Notes: generated from the sequence alone by a model not told the origin. A stretch of DNA of 22,257 bases from Candidatus Sulfobium sp. (GCA_037380845.1 JARRRI010000033.1:1-22257); one strand, 5' to 3'; counted from the stretch's first letter, positions 1-8,280 are shown. Program-made: numbers and translations.

Positions 1-2953
1 CCGCCGTCGCTGATGTCCCTATCGGGGTGAAGTTTGTGCATCCTTTCCCGGCACACCGCTCTATCCTGTAGCCCGATACTTCCGTCTCGTCGGTAGACGC
101 TGTCCAGGTAAGGTCGATGATCGAGGGGGATGCCGCTGTTGCTGTCAGATTCGACGGTATTGACGGTGCCTCATCGGCAGGCTGCACAGTAAGGCTGACC
201 CGGCGGGAAGTGTTTCCTTCCCCGCTCGTGGAATTGACGAAGCTTACCGTAGCCGTGTGCGTACCGGCTGAAAGACTGTTTGCAGCAGACGTAAGCGAAA
301 CAACGACGCTGACGCTGTCCCCCGGGGACAGAGCCCCGGACCTGGAAGACCGGTTGATGATCGACGCCAGCCGGTCTGCTCCTGCCGAAGCCGATTTTAT
401 TTTTGCGAGCGGCATAGCTGCCATATTTATGTTCTTTCTTGCGTCCACCCAACTTCTCGACGCGGTTACCGACCAGTCAATCGGCGCATAGCCGGTGTTC
501 TTCAGGGTGTAAACCTTTCTCGAGGCAAAGGGGCCGCCTTCCAGTCCCGTCGAGACGAATTCTCCGGTGGGTGTTACCTCAAGAACACCTGGCGGCGTGT
601 ACTGTATCAGCGGCTTTTCGTAACCAATAGGACAATAGCCGGGGAGTCTCTTCTCCGTAAATACCAGGTCGATCTTTCCGCCGACACATGCCTCAATTCC
701 CGCAGAGAGGGTCCAGGACAGCGGAGGGACCCAGGCGTCCATCTTCAGGTAACCGTTCAGGCTTACGGAAGGTCCTGCTATACCGTAGAGCAGCATGGTG
801 AACTCAGGGCTGATATAGCCTCTTGCATAGGCCTCTGCGGACACGGTAGGAGGCGAAAAGGAAAAACTCTTTGTGAACCCGCCGACCGCATGCCATCCTG
901 TCTTTCTCTTGTAAACCGCTCCGACTTTCACTGATGCCTCCACTGTCACTTGCGCGGTCATTGAGGCATGAATACCGGCCTGCACACCCACATAGATGTC
1001 CGCCTGGGGCACGAGTACTATGTACCCGACCGGAATGGGTGTGAAATGCATGGTAGCTAATTTTATCCTTTTTTGGCCCTGCCAGCTGCCTTCCGCTATC
1101 ACTGCCAGACCATCACTGTTGTCCATCTCGAGAATCGCCCTGAATTGCTTGACATAAGGGACTACCCAGTGCTTCCTTCCTATACTTAACTTGAAGTCAG
1201 GTTTGAAGTCGAGTGTTATGGTGCCAACAAGTCTGACCTTGCCATACTGACTTTCATAGACCACCTTGTCTACAGTCAGGTCGATCTCCGGCTTCCCGGA
1301 GGCGGCTTTACGAACTGCTGCTACCTTGACGCCTCTTTCGAGTCGTGAAGCTCCCACGTCGACAGAGAAGTCTTCGGATGTAGCGATAAAGTCTCCTTCC
1401 TCCACCGCATCCAGCAGACTGGCATCTTCCGTCCGGACTTCGATGAGTCCTTCAGCGGATGTTGTTATGCCGACTATTCGCCGCAGGAAACCATTCCCAA
1501 TTGTACTGACGATTATATCGCCGGCCTGCAGGGTAACCAGCGTCATGATCCGGGGGTCGAAATAGTACGTCGTCCCGTCCTGCCTGACTATAAGGTTTAC
1601 GGCGTCTGCATCCAGCACCCTCACCGAAGGGTTGAGCGTCGTCTCTTTAAGGGTAAATGACGGCTGTACCGTCCTGTTTTTATCAATCGTGACGGTGCAT
1701 ATGTTCCCCTCGACACTGTCGCAGCCCTCCCACGAATGGAATATCGAGTCTGCATCCGGAGCGGCTGTCAGTGCGACGGTGGTGCCCGGATTATAGGATG
1801 CCGAGCAGTTATCGATGTCCTCGCTGCAGTTGATGTCATTATTATCACTTGTCACAAGACCGTTTCCGAACCTGTCTACCACGAGGGTCGATGAGGATAA
1901 TTCGGCACTCCAGAAAAAGTAAGTCTCTGTGGATCCGGCCGGCGTTACCACCAGATAGAATTTGTACGTCCCGGGGGGAAGTTCTGCCAGAGAGATATCG
2001 GACAAGACGATTTCCGATACAGGGCCGGTGATATTTTCTTTCCACTTCACAAGTCCTGACGACAGAGGTGAAAGTTCCATCAGCCCGTCGATCAGGTAGA
2101 TGTTCTCCGCATCTACTGCAGGCCAGTCCAGCGCAAGGTAAACATCCACGGGTGCTGAAAACTCCGGAAGCCCTATTCTCACGGTGACGTCATCCTCACC
2201 GGCGACCACAGCCCCCAGTCCGATCGGACTTGCCTCGGCCGCAATCGTACGCACGACCGGCAGAGCCGTTGCATGTGGGGCGAAAAGCTCCTGTCCCGAG
2301 GGTGGAGCCATCCGGCTGGGGGGAACCACAAAGGAAGTGCCATAGAGATTGTATTTGCCAAGATCACTGTGAGGGGTAACCATGAGATATACATAGTATG
2401 TTCCGGCTGGGAGGTCTTTTGCCGGAATGATCCCGTAGATAGATTCCTCTATTGGGGCGGTCAAGTTGTCCTTCCATTTTGCAAGTCCCGAAGAAAGGGG
2501 GGAGAGGGAAAGGTCTGCGTTGATGAGAAAGGGTTCGGGCTGCGGGGGAGCTTGAATGGCGCAGTAAACGTCTACGGGACCGGAGAACTTCGGCAGAGCG
2601 ATTTGAAGTGCAACGTCCCCACCTGCCAGGGCAACACTGCCGACGCCGATGGGCTTCATATCGGCAGCTTTCACGCCTGCCCTGGGGTACTCCACAGGAT
2701 CATAGGAAATGACCTCGGTGCCTTCAGGCAACTCAGCATCCTGAGCTTCCGCGGGTATAACGTAAAGAAGGCTCAAAATCGCCAATAAGGAGATCACAAT
2801 GAATTTCAGTTGCAGCTGCAGGCCGGCACGCTTCATTGTTAAGTCATGTTCAGTTCCTCCGGCTCTTCTTTCTCCACTGCTTTCTCTGCCGAACTCGGCT
2901 TTTACGTATTTGGATAGTTGTAAAGAATATCGGTTTCTCCTGGACGCCCCCAT
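1..2953 (-). CDS. Large secreted multidomain surface protein (signal peptide, two tandem ~140-aa domains, InlB B-repeat-like domain, long beta-rich domain, BACON-like domain, fibronectin type III); 3' end lies outside the window
   Basis: Manual translation gives a stop-free frame from ATG 2953 (SD GGAGG 5 nt upstream) or in-frame ATG 2836 to the window edge, i.e. at least 945-984 aa. Signal peptide MKRAGLQLQLKFIVISLLAILSLLYVIPAEA/QD. InlB-B-like GNGLVTS..INC..CSASYNPGTTVALTAAPDADSIFHSWEGC..CTVTIDKNRTV. BACON-like YTLKNTGYAPIDWSVTASRSWV..LSAGTHTATVSF. FN3 APSIPSNLTATAASPSIIDLTWTASTDETEVSGYRIERC. Confidence 0.9.
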   Translation of the reverse strand, partial: MGASRRNRYSLQLSKYVKAEFGRESSGERRAGGTEHDLTMKRAGLQLQLKFIVISLLAILSLLYVIPAEAQDAELPEGTEVISYDPVEYPRAGVKAADMKPIGVGSVALAGGDVALQIALPKFSGPVDVYCAIQAPPQPEPFLINADLSLSPLSSGLAKWKDNLTAPIEESIYGIIPAKDLPAGTYYVYLMVTPHSDLGKYNLYGTSFVVPPSRMAPPSGQELFAPHATALPVVRTIAAEASPIGLGAVVAGEDDVTVRIGLPEFSAPVDVYLALDWPAVDAENIYLIDGLMELSPLSSGLVKWKENITGPVSEIVLSDISLAELPPGTYKFYLVVTPAGSTETYFFWSAELSSSTLVVDRFGNGLVTSDNNDINCSEDIDNCSASYNPGTTVALTAAPDADSIFHSWEGCDSVEGNICTVTIDKNRTVQPSFTLKETTLNPSVRVLDADAVNLIVRQDGTTYYFDPRIMTLVTLQAGDIIVSTIGNGFLRRIVGITTSAEGLIEVRTEDASLLDAVEEGDFIATSEDFSVDVGASRLERGVKVAAVRKAASGKPEIDLTVDKVVYESQYGKVRLVGTITLDFKPDFKLSIGRKHWVVPYVKQFRAILEMDNSDGLAVIAEGSWQGQKRIKLATMHFTPIPVGYIVLVPQADIYVGVQAGIHASMTAQVTVEASVKVGAVYKRKTGWHAVGGFTKSFSFSPPTVSAEAYARGYISPEFTMLLYGIAGPSVSLNGYLKMDAWVPPLSWTLSAGIEACVGGKIDLVFTEKRLPGYCPIGYEKPLIQYTPPGVLEVTPTGEFVSTGLEGGPFASRKVYTLKNTGYAPIDWSVTASRSWVDARKNINMAAMPLAKIKSASAGADRLASIINRSSRSGALSPGDSVSVVVSLTSAANSLSAGTHTATVSFVNSTSGEGNTSRRVSLTVQPADEAPSIPSNLTATAASPSIIDLTWTASTDETEVSGYRIERCAGKGCTNFTPIGTSATA

Positions 2954-3075
2954 TTCAACCTCCCGGCAAAAATAAAATAACTATGTTTGTCATTAAGGAA
3001 TTCCTGTTTAAAACTTCTATGCTGATCGGGTAAGCACAGTAATCGATGAAAGATAACCTCCCCCGCATTTTCCCA

Positions 3076-3109
3076 AATGTACCTCACTGGAAGTAACAAA
3101 AAACCTACA
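3076..3109 (-). promoter_or_regulatory. Putative activator-dependent promoter of the secreted-protein gene: direct-repeat box plus -10
   Basis: Minus strand TGTAGGTTTTTTGTTAC (3109-3093), 11 nt, TACATT (3081-3076). 16/17 identical to the box at 3714-3698, with the same spacing to a TAnnnT hexamer. Confidence 0.6.
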
Positions 3110-3256
3110 GTTTGGAAGCATTCAGAAAATAGTGAAAAAACAGGACGTTACAAGGCTCAATCTGCAATGACCCGCCCCCGGGCTTTGACTGCTTTTCCTG
3201 TGTTGCCGACCGATCGTTATCCTCCTCCCTCCCTTCAGTGTTCCTTGTCCTTCCTT

Positions 3257-3673
3257 TTAAAAACGTACCCCGACGCCATAGCCCTCTGCGCCGCCAAATG
3301 GTTCTTGCCGCACCACCCTGGCCTGCCCTTTATAGGCTGAACGTTCCGGATCGATTAACAGGCTGATCACATCGTCCCGGACTACCTTGTTTTTCAGAGG
3401 GAAGAAGGCGCCCCGGTGGCTGATATTTTTCAGGAAAGATTCTTCGGTAAAGCGTTTTCCCAGGGCATTTGTCCCGGTCACTGTCACGGGAAGGACCAGG
3501 GGCAGCCGGCCTGCGACTCTCCGCTCCTGCGGAACGCAGCCCCAGAGGAAACAGAGCAGCTGCTCCGGGGAATGGAAGGCCCGACCCTCTCGTCCTTCTG
3601 CGTCTTCCACGGTCCCAACCAGTCTTCCCTCATCAGGCACTCGATCATAAATCCGCACGATGTAGTAGTACAC
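3257..3673 (-). CDS. Small protein: ~45-aa N-terminal YIVRIY..LVGxVE..AF domain fused to a PilZ domain
   Basis: PilZ signatures RxxxR (ERRVAGR) and (D/N)xSxxG (NISHRG), C-terminal beta strands GQARVVR..YGVGVRF. The track start is GTG 3682, but that overlaps the predicted -10, so GTG 3673 is preferred. Confidence 0.8.
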   Translation of the reverse strand: MYYYIVRIYDRVPDEGRLVGTVEDAEGREGRAFHSPEQLLCFLWGCVPQERRVAGRLPLVLPVTVTGTNALGKRFTEESFLKNISHRGAFFPLKNKVVRDDVISLLIDPERSAYKGQARVVRQEPFGGAEGYGVGVRF

Positions 3674-3680
3674 GAGGAAC

Positions 3681-3714
3681 ACTTTAACTGATGGGGGGTA
3701 ACAAAAAACTTACA
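3681..3714 (-). promoter_or_regulatory. Putative activator-dependent, probably leaderless promoter of the PilZ-fusion gene
   Basis: Minus strand TGTAAGTTTTTTGTTAC (3714-3698), 11 nt, TAAAGT (3686-3681), 7 nt, GTG (3673). Confidence 0.6.
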
Positions 3715-3834
3715 AAACCGGAAGCCGCTCCGAAGATATTTAAAAAAGGGGTTGCAGGGCAGACAAGCGAAATTGTACCGCAAAAAAGGGTGAGATCATA
3801 ATCAACTGAGTTTAAGAAGGCTTCAAAACAGTGG

Positions 3835-6800
3835 TTATTTCTTATCGGAAGGCCTTCCGTTTCCCTTGATTTCCCGGAACATGGCCTTCATTCTAACGGA
3901 AGGTTCGATCTCAAGCTGGCTGGCAAAGATTTCCTCACAGCGCCTATAAGTAGCGAGAGCTTCGGCCATCCGACCCAGGCTCCGATAGCATTCCATCATG
4001 TGCTCGTAAAATTCTTCCACCAGATAGTCTACCTCGACGCCCTTCTGATAACATTCTACGGCCCGGTCAAACCGGTCGGAACGTTCCCAGTACTTCCCCA
4101 GTTTCAGCGCGATCCGCACAAACTTGCTCCGAAGCCGCTCCCTCACACCTGTCGCCCATGACGCATTGGGTTCATTGGAGAGAAATGATCCTTTGTACAA
4201 CTTGAACGCCGTCTCCGTTGTTTCGAGGCCTTCCGCCGTCGTCTCCCTCCCCAAAGATTCAGCCTCCGATACCAGCCTCTCAAAGGCCCAGGAATCCGCC
4301 CAGCAATGCCTGGGACTCAGTGTCAGCCGTCCGTCCTTCAGAACGATGGCATCTTCCCCCACGATCCGGCGCAGCCGATACAGAGTGGTCGTAGAGGCCC
4401 TTCGGGCAGCGTCCCCTTCGGCTTCCGGCCAGAGGGTGTCGGCTACACGTCCTTCGCTCACATCCCTTCCCCCAAGTGCTACAAGTAGCTTCAGCATCTC
4501 CAGAGGTTTTCCACCTTTCCCGTTCCTAAGCGCCTGGGGCTTTCCCTCACATACAGCAGAAAAACGACCCAACGTATACACCTTCAGCTTCCAGGGCCAG
4601 GCCTCGATCTGAAGCGGGAGGACCTCTGGCGTCAAGCCTCGTTTTCGAATGAGGTCGCGGACGTAATCCACCTCGATGCCCGACTCCAGGGCCTTCGCGC
4701 AGAGCATCGACATAGCCTGCCTGCGCCAGAGGATCCAGGTATTTACGAACCCTTCCTTCCTTCCGACAGTCATTGCTCCACGGAGGAAATTCATGGAAGC
4801 TTCGCGGTCACGCTCCACGGCAAATTCCGCTCGGGCCAGGAGGCACATAAATTCGAACATAGAGCTCTTTCTGCGGTGTCCTATGCTGCGGGATTTCGCA
4901 ACACAGTCAACAGCTCTTTCATCGTCTCCTAAGGCATGGAGTATATGTGCCCTAAGAAGAGAGCTGAGTGCAACGCCGAAAAAATCTCCAATCTGTTCTA
5001 CCATTTCCATGGCAGCATCAACATAACGTCCGGCCTCATTCAACCTGCCCTGCAAAAAGGCCAACCAAGCCGTAAGAAAATAATAAAACGACAGATCCCA
5101 TGGCCGCACACCGCCAATTGGGGTCCTTATTTTTACAAGCAGCCTTTCCGCCTCCGCTTCATCTCCCTCCCCAAGCGCGCTGATTATTCCGTTTCCGAGA
5201 ATCATGAAGTCCATGACATGAACACCGGTAGTGCGCGCAAGCTCAATACTCTTTTTGACGGTTTCAAGGCATTCATCGTATCGGGCAACAAGGTTACAAT
5301 ATAAAACTTTTGCCAATGCAGCATTTAACTGTGCCAGTGGGGGCAAATCCGAGGATTGCACAAGCTCGTTCACCGAATCGAGAACGCGTTCACTTCCTGA
5401 GACGTCACCAGTTCTCACACGATCAAACAGGAAAACCAGGAGGGCCTGTGTCCTGGCAACCCCGTCCACTCCTTTTTGAGCGAGAGCGCGCTCTGCCCAT
5501 TTGTCGAACTCGGGATGCTCCGGTTTTCTGTGCACCAAAGCCATAAACATGCTCGAGGCCACGCGAGCTTCTACGGCTTCAGAGGGGAAAGCCACGAATT
5601 TCTCTATGACGGACTTGAACCGGTATATCCAGGGGTCCAGACGCCTGAAATTTTCGAAACCATATACAATGGAATCCACTACTCCGGACCATGAAAGAAA
5701 GGCGCCTGCCGCGTTCCCAGAAACAAAAAAATCATTAAATGCTTTTTCGAAATTCTTTCGGCTTTGTTGCTGGTTATAAGGCAGGTAGCAGACCCCTCTC
5801 CAGTAAATAAGCCAGGGCGCATCGTTCACAAGCTCCCGCGGAAGGTTTCCCAACCACCTCTCAAGGAGACTGAATCGCCCTTGCACGGCAAGCAAAGGCG
5901 CCTGACTCAGGATCAATCTAATCAGCTGCTGCCAGTCCTCTGCTTCGATGAGTAGTCTCGCTGCGTCTTCAAGATGACCCTCCTCCTCCAGAACCTTTGC
6001 CGCCTGTCTTTGGAGGCCGGCCAACTCTTTTCTGCTAAACCTCTCCTCGGCTTTGTCAAGGAGGAATTCCCTAAACAACGGATGGTATTGGTACCTCAGT
6101 CCGGGCCGCCTGTCAGTAAAGTAATTATTACGGAAGAAGGCATTCAAGATACGGTTCGCTTCTTTAAGACCGCTCATCGCCTCGGCAGATCGCGGCGTCA
6201 TGGAGGGCAGCAATGCCGTCTTAAGTAGAAACTCCCGCGTCTTGGTATCAGTCCCCTCCAGGATCTCCCCCGCGAAATAGTCGAAAACCTCTTCGAACGT
6301 GGCAGACCTTTGTTCATCCATAATACCGGTCCCTCTTTGTGTGAGCAGCACAACACCAGCCGCCCACCCGGCAGTTCGCTCATGGAGGTCCTGAAATGCC
6401 TTGGCAGAAAAACTTTTCCTTGCATGAAGCTTCGCCAGTTCTTTTGATTCATTTTCCCTGAGCCGCAAATCTTCCCACTCCACAAAGAAAATCGTCTCGC
6501 TGGCGCAAAGACGGGCGAACTCCTTCGGCGGGAACAAACGGCTCAGTACTATTACCGAAATTCCCTCAGGAATTGACGAGAAGCCATGGGAAAGAGCCTC
6601 GTGGAGCGCAGAAACGGCGGAGACTTCCTGGTAGTTGTCGAGAACTATGAGTGAGGGAACGTAAAGCCTCCCTGTGAGGTCTTCGAAAAAGCGTCTGGTA
6701 AAGGTTGGCACATGATACTCGGGGGTGAGAAGCGGTAACGGCCTTTTCTTTCGGGGAGCGGTCTTCGTTCCTGCAAGGCCCATGTAATAGAAGAAAGTTG

Positions 6801-7017
6801 CCAGGTCAGAGTCGCCCCCATCCATTTGATACCAGAGCGAGGGCAGTTTGCGAGATTGCACGTAGCTGCTCAAGAGGGTGGTCTTGCCGGAACCCGGCGG
6901 CCCCGATACCCAGACGACGGCATGTCTGCGCCCGCTGTCAAGCAACCTGAAGAGCCGTCCCCTCTCCAGCACCTCTTTCAAGGTCGGACGCGTTATTTTG
7001 GCAGGAAAGCGCCCCAA
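3835..7017 (-). CDS. MalT-like STAND ATPase / TPR transcriptional activator with C-terminal OmpR-type wHTH and BTAD domain
   Basis: 1060 aa. MalT-type N-terminus AKITRP..RGRL, Walker A GPPGSGKTT, Walker B LIVLDNY, TAGWAAG, YQYHPLFREFL, helical sensor region. SARP-like C-terminus KVYTLGRF..LWPEAEGDAA..TLYRLRR..LYKGSFL..RERLR..EEFYEHMMECY. TTG start, exact start uncertain. Confidence 0.9.
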   Translation of the reverse strand: MGRFPAKITRPTLKEVLERGRLFRLLDSGRRHAVVWVSGPPGSGKTTLLSSYVQSRKLPSLWYQMDGGDSDLATFFYYMGLAGTKTAPRKKRPLPLLTPEYHVPTFTRRFFEDLTGRLYVPSLIVLDNYQEVSAVSALHEALSHGFSSIPEGISVIVLSRLFPPKEFARLCASETIFFVEWEDLRLRENESKELAKLHARKSFSAKAFQDLHERTAGWAAGVVLLTQRGTGIMDEQRSATFEEVFDYFAGEILEGTDTKTREFLLKTALLPSMTPRSAEAMSGLKEANRILNAFFRNNYFTDRRPGLRYQYHPLFREFLLDKAEERFSRKELAGLQRQAAKVLEEEGHLEDAARLLIEAEDWQQLIRLILSQAPLLAVQGRFSLLERWLGNLPRELVNDAPWLIYWRGVCYLPYNQQQSRKNFEKAFNDFFVSGNAAGAFLSWSGVVDSIVYGFENFRRLDPWIYRFKSVIEKFVAFPSEAVEARVASSMFMALVHRKPEHPEFDKWAERALAQKGVDGVARTQALLVFLFDRVRTGDVSGSERVLDSVNELVQSSDLPPLAQLNAALAKVLYCNLVARYDECLETVKKSIELARTTGVHVMDFMILGNGIISALGEGDEAEAERLLVKIRTPIGGVRPWDLSFYYFLTAWLAFLQGRLNEAGRYVDAAMEMVEQIGDFFGVALSSLLRAHILHALGDDERAVDCVAKSRSIGHRRKSSMFEFMCLLARAEFAVERDREASMNFLRGAMTVGRKEGFVNTWILWRRQAMSMLCAKALESGIEVDYVRDLIRKRGLTPEVLPLQIEAWPWKLKVYTLGRFSAVCEGKPQALRNGKGGKPLEMLKLLVALGGRDVSEGRVADTLWPEAEGDAARRASTTTLYRLRRIVGEDAIVLKDGRLTLSPRHCWADSWAFERLVSEAESLGRETTAEGLETTETAFKLYKGSFLSNEPNASWATGVRERLRSKFVRIALKLGKYWERSDRFDRAVECYQKGVEVDYLVEEFYEHMMECYRSLGRMAEALATYRRCEEIFASQLEIEPSVRMKAMFREIKGNGRPSDKK

Positions 7018-7098
7018 TACTCTTTTGTTCCCTCTTGGGTATTTTTGCGCATAGAGGTTAAAAAGTCAATTATTTTATTTATAAATAGATTGCTATAT

Positions 7099-8280
7099 CT
7101 ATTCGGTCCCTCCGGCAACGCCCTCAGCGTCTTCTTCTTTTTGCTTCTCATAGATGAGCTGGAATAATCTCAGAGCCCTTTCCGGGTCTGTCACCTTAAG
7201 CTTCCTGTATTCCTTCATCGCCGAATCTCTTTCACCTGCAAAGAGGTAGGCAATTGCGAGGTTAAAGCGCGCTTCGTCGTAATCGGGCTTCAACTGGAGG
7301 GCCTTCTCGAATTCCTTGACAGCTTTATCATACATCCCCATGTCCATCCCGTATATCACGCCGATGTTGTTGTAAATGCCGGCGGACCCGGGTCTGAGGG
7401 CGGCGGCGTCCCTGTAAGCCTCTATGGCGTCCGCGTACATTCCCAATCTCGAATAGGCCCATCCGAGCATTACGAACGCCCTGGCATTTTCCGGTTCCTG
7501 TTCTACGAGCGACTTGGCTTTTTCGAGTTCCAACTCCAGCTCATCCGTGCCCGGACCGGGCTCTTCTTCCGAGCGGGATTCGTCCAGGCCCAGTGGTTCC
7601 GATTTCCTGTACTCCTTCAGAAGATCTGCAATATAAACGGAGGGAATAAGCCGGTCCGTAACGGCGCCGTCCTTCGTCTCCCGCTCCAGCATGGCCACTA
7701 CGCAGCCTTTCTGATTGAACACCGGTCCCCCGCCGGTCCCGGCCGGAGAGGGCGGATTCAGAAGGACGGTGTCCTTGTCCTCCGCTGAGGCGACCGCCTT
7801 TCTTTCAACAACGGGCTGTCCGGAATCGGTCCGCCCGCTTTCGATGAAGACCGTTTCACCCGGCACAGGGGGGCCGTCGGGGCAAAGTCTCACCATGGGT
7901 GGATCAACCAGGTCGATTTTCAGGAGAACGATGCCGTGGGGCTTGTCGACTGCGAGCACCCGGTCAGTCTGGATGTATGACCCTTCCGCGGTCCTGACGA
8001 ACAGGATGTTTCCGGGCCCCGGAACTGTGCTGAAAATTGGCATGTACGGGACAGCAACGACGCCGCCTTTGTCTACAAAGAATCCCTTTGTGATGCCCGC
8101 CTGCCTGCTTCCTACCTTGCCTGAATAGATCGTCACCAGAGCCGCCCTCTGTCGAATGACGACGGTCGGTACGTCGGCGTATGAGTATGATGGTGCCGTG
8201 TGCTGCAGGACGAGGAAGAATGACACCCACATTGCCAGCAGTGCTCCGTTCTTCGTAATGCGGCTGGATGACATGCGCAT
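7099..8280 (-). CDS. Exported trypsin-like (S1C-like) domain + TPR repeat protein, catalytically degenerate
   Basis: 393 aa. Hydrophobic N-terminus, trypsin-2-like KGFFVDKGGVV..PAGTGGGPVFNQKGCVVAM, then about three TPRs (AFVMLGWAYSRLGMYADAIEAY; IYNNIGVIY; ARFNLAIAY). Confidence 0.8.
   Translation of the reverse strand: MRMSSSRITKNGALLAMWVSFFLVLQHTAPSYSYADVPTVVIRQRAALVTIYSGKVGSRQAGITKGFFVDKGGVVAVPYMPIFSTVPGPGNILFVRTAEGSYIQTDRVLAVDKPHGIVLLKIDLVDPPMVRLCPDGPPVPGETVFIESGRTDSGQPVVERKAVASAEDKDTVLLNPPSPAGTGGGPVFNQKGCVVAMLERETKDGAVTDRLIPSVYIADLLKEYRKSEPLGLDESRSEEEPGPGTDELELELEKAKSLVEQEPENARAFVMLGWAYSRLGMYADAIEAYRDAAALRPGSAGIYNNIGVIYGMDMGMYDKAVKEFEKALQLKPDYDEARFNLAIAYLFAGERDSAMKEYRKLKVTDPERALRLFQLIYEKQKEEDAEGVAGGTE

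Noticed and set aside
117..2788. Short track ORFs such as 117-491, 1266-1565, 2273-2788 (+) and 171-452 (-)
   Set aside because: Antisense or off-frame shadows of the long minus-strand gene; no recognisable motifs.
7041..7069. Sigma70 promoter for the STAND regulator (TTGACT-17-AAAAAT)
   Set aside because: The -10 is a poor match in AT-rich DNA; not supportable without TSS data.
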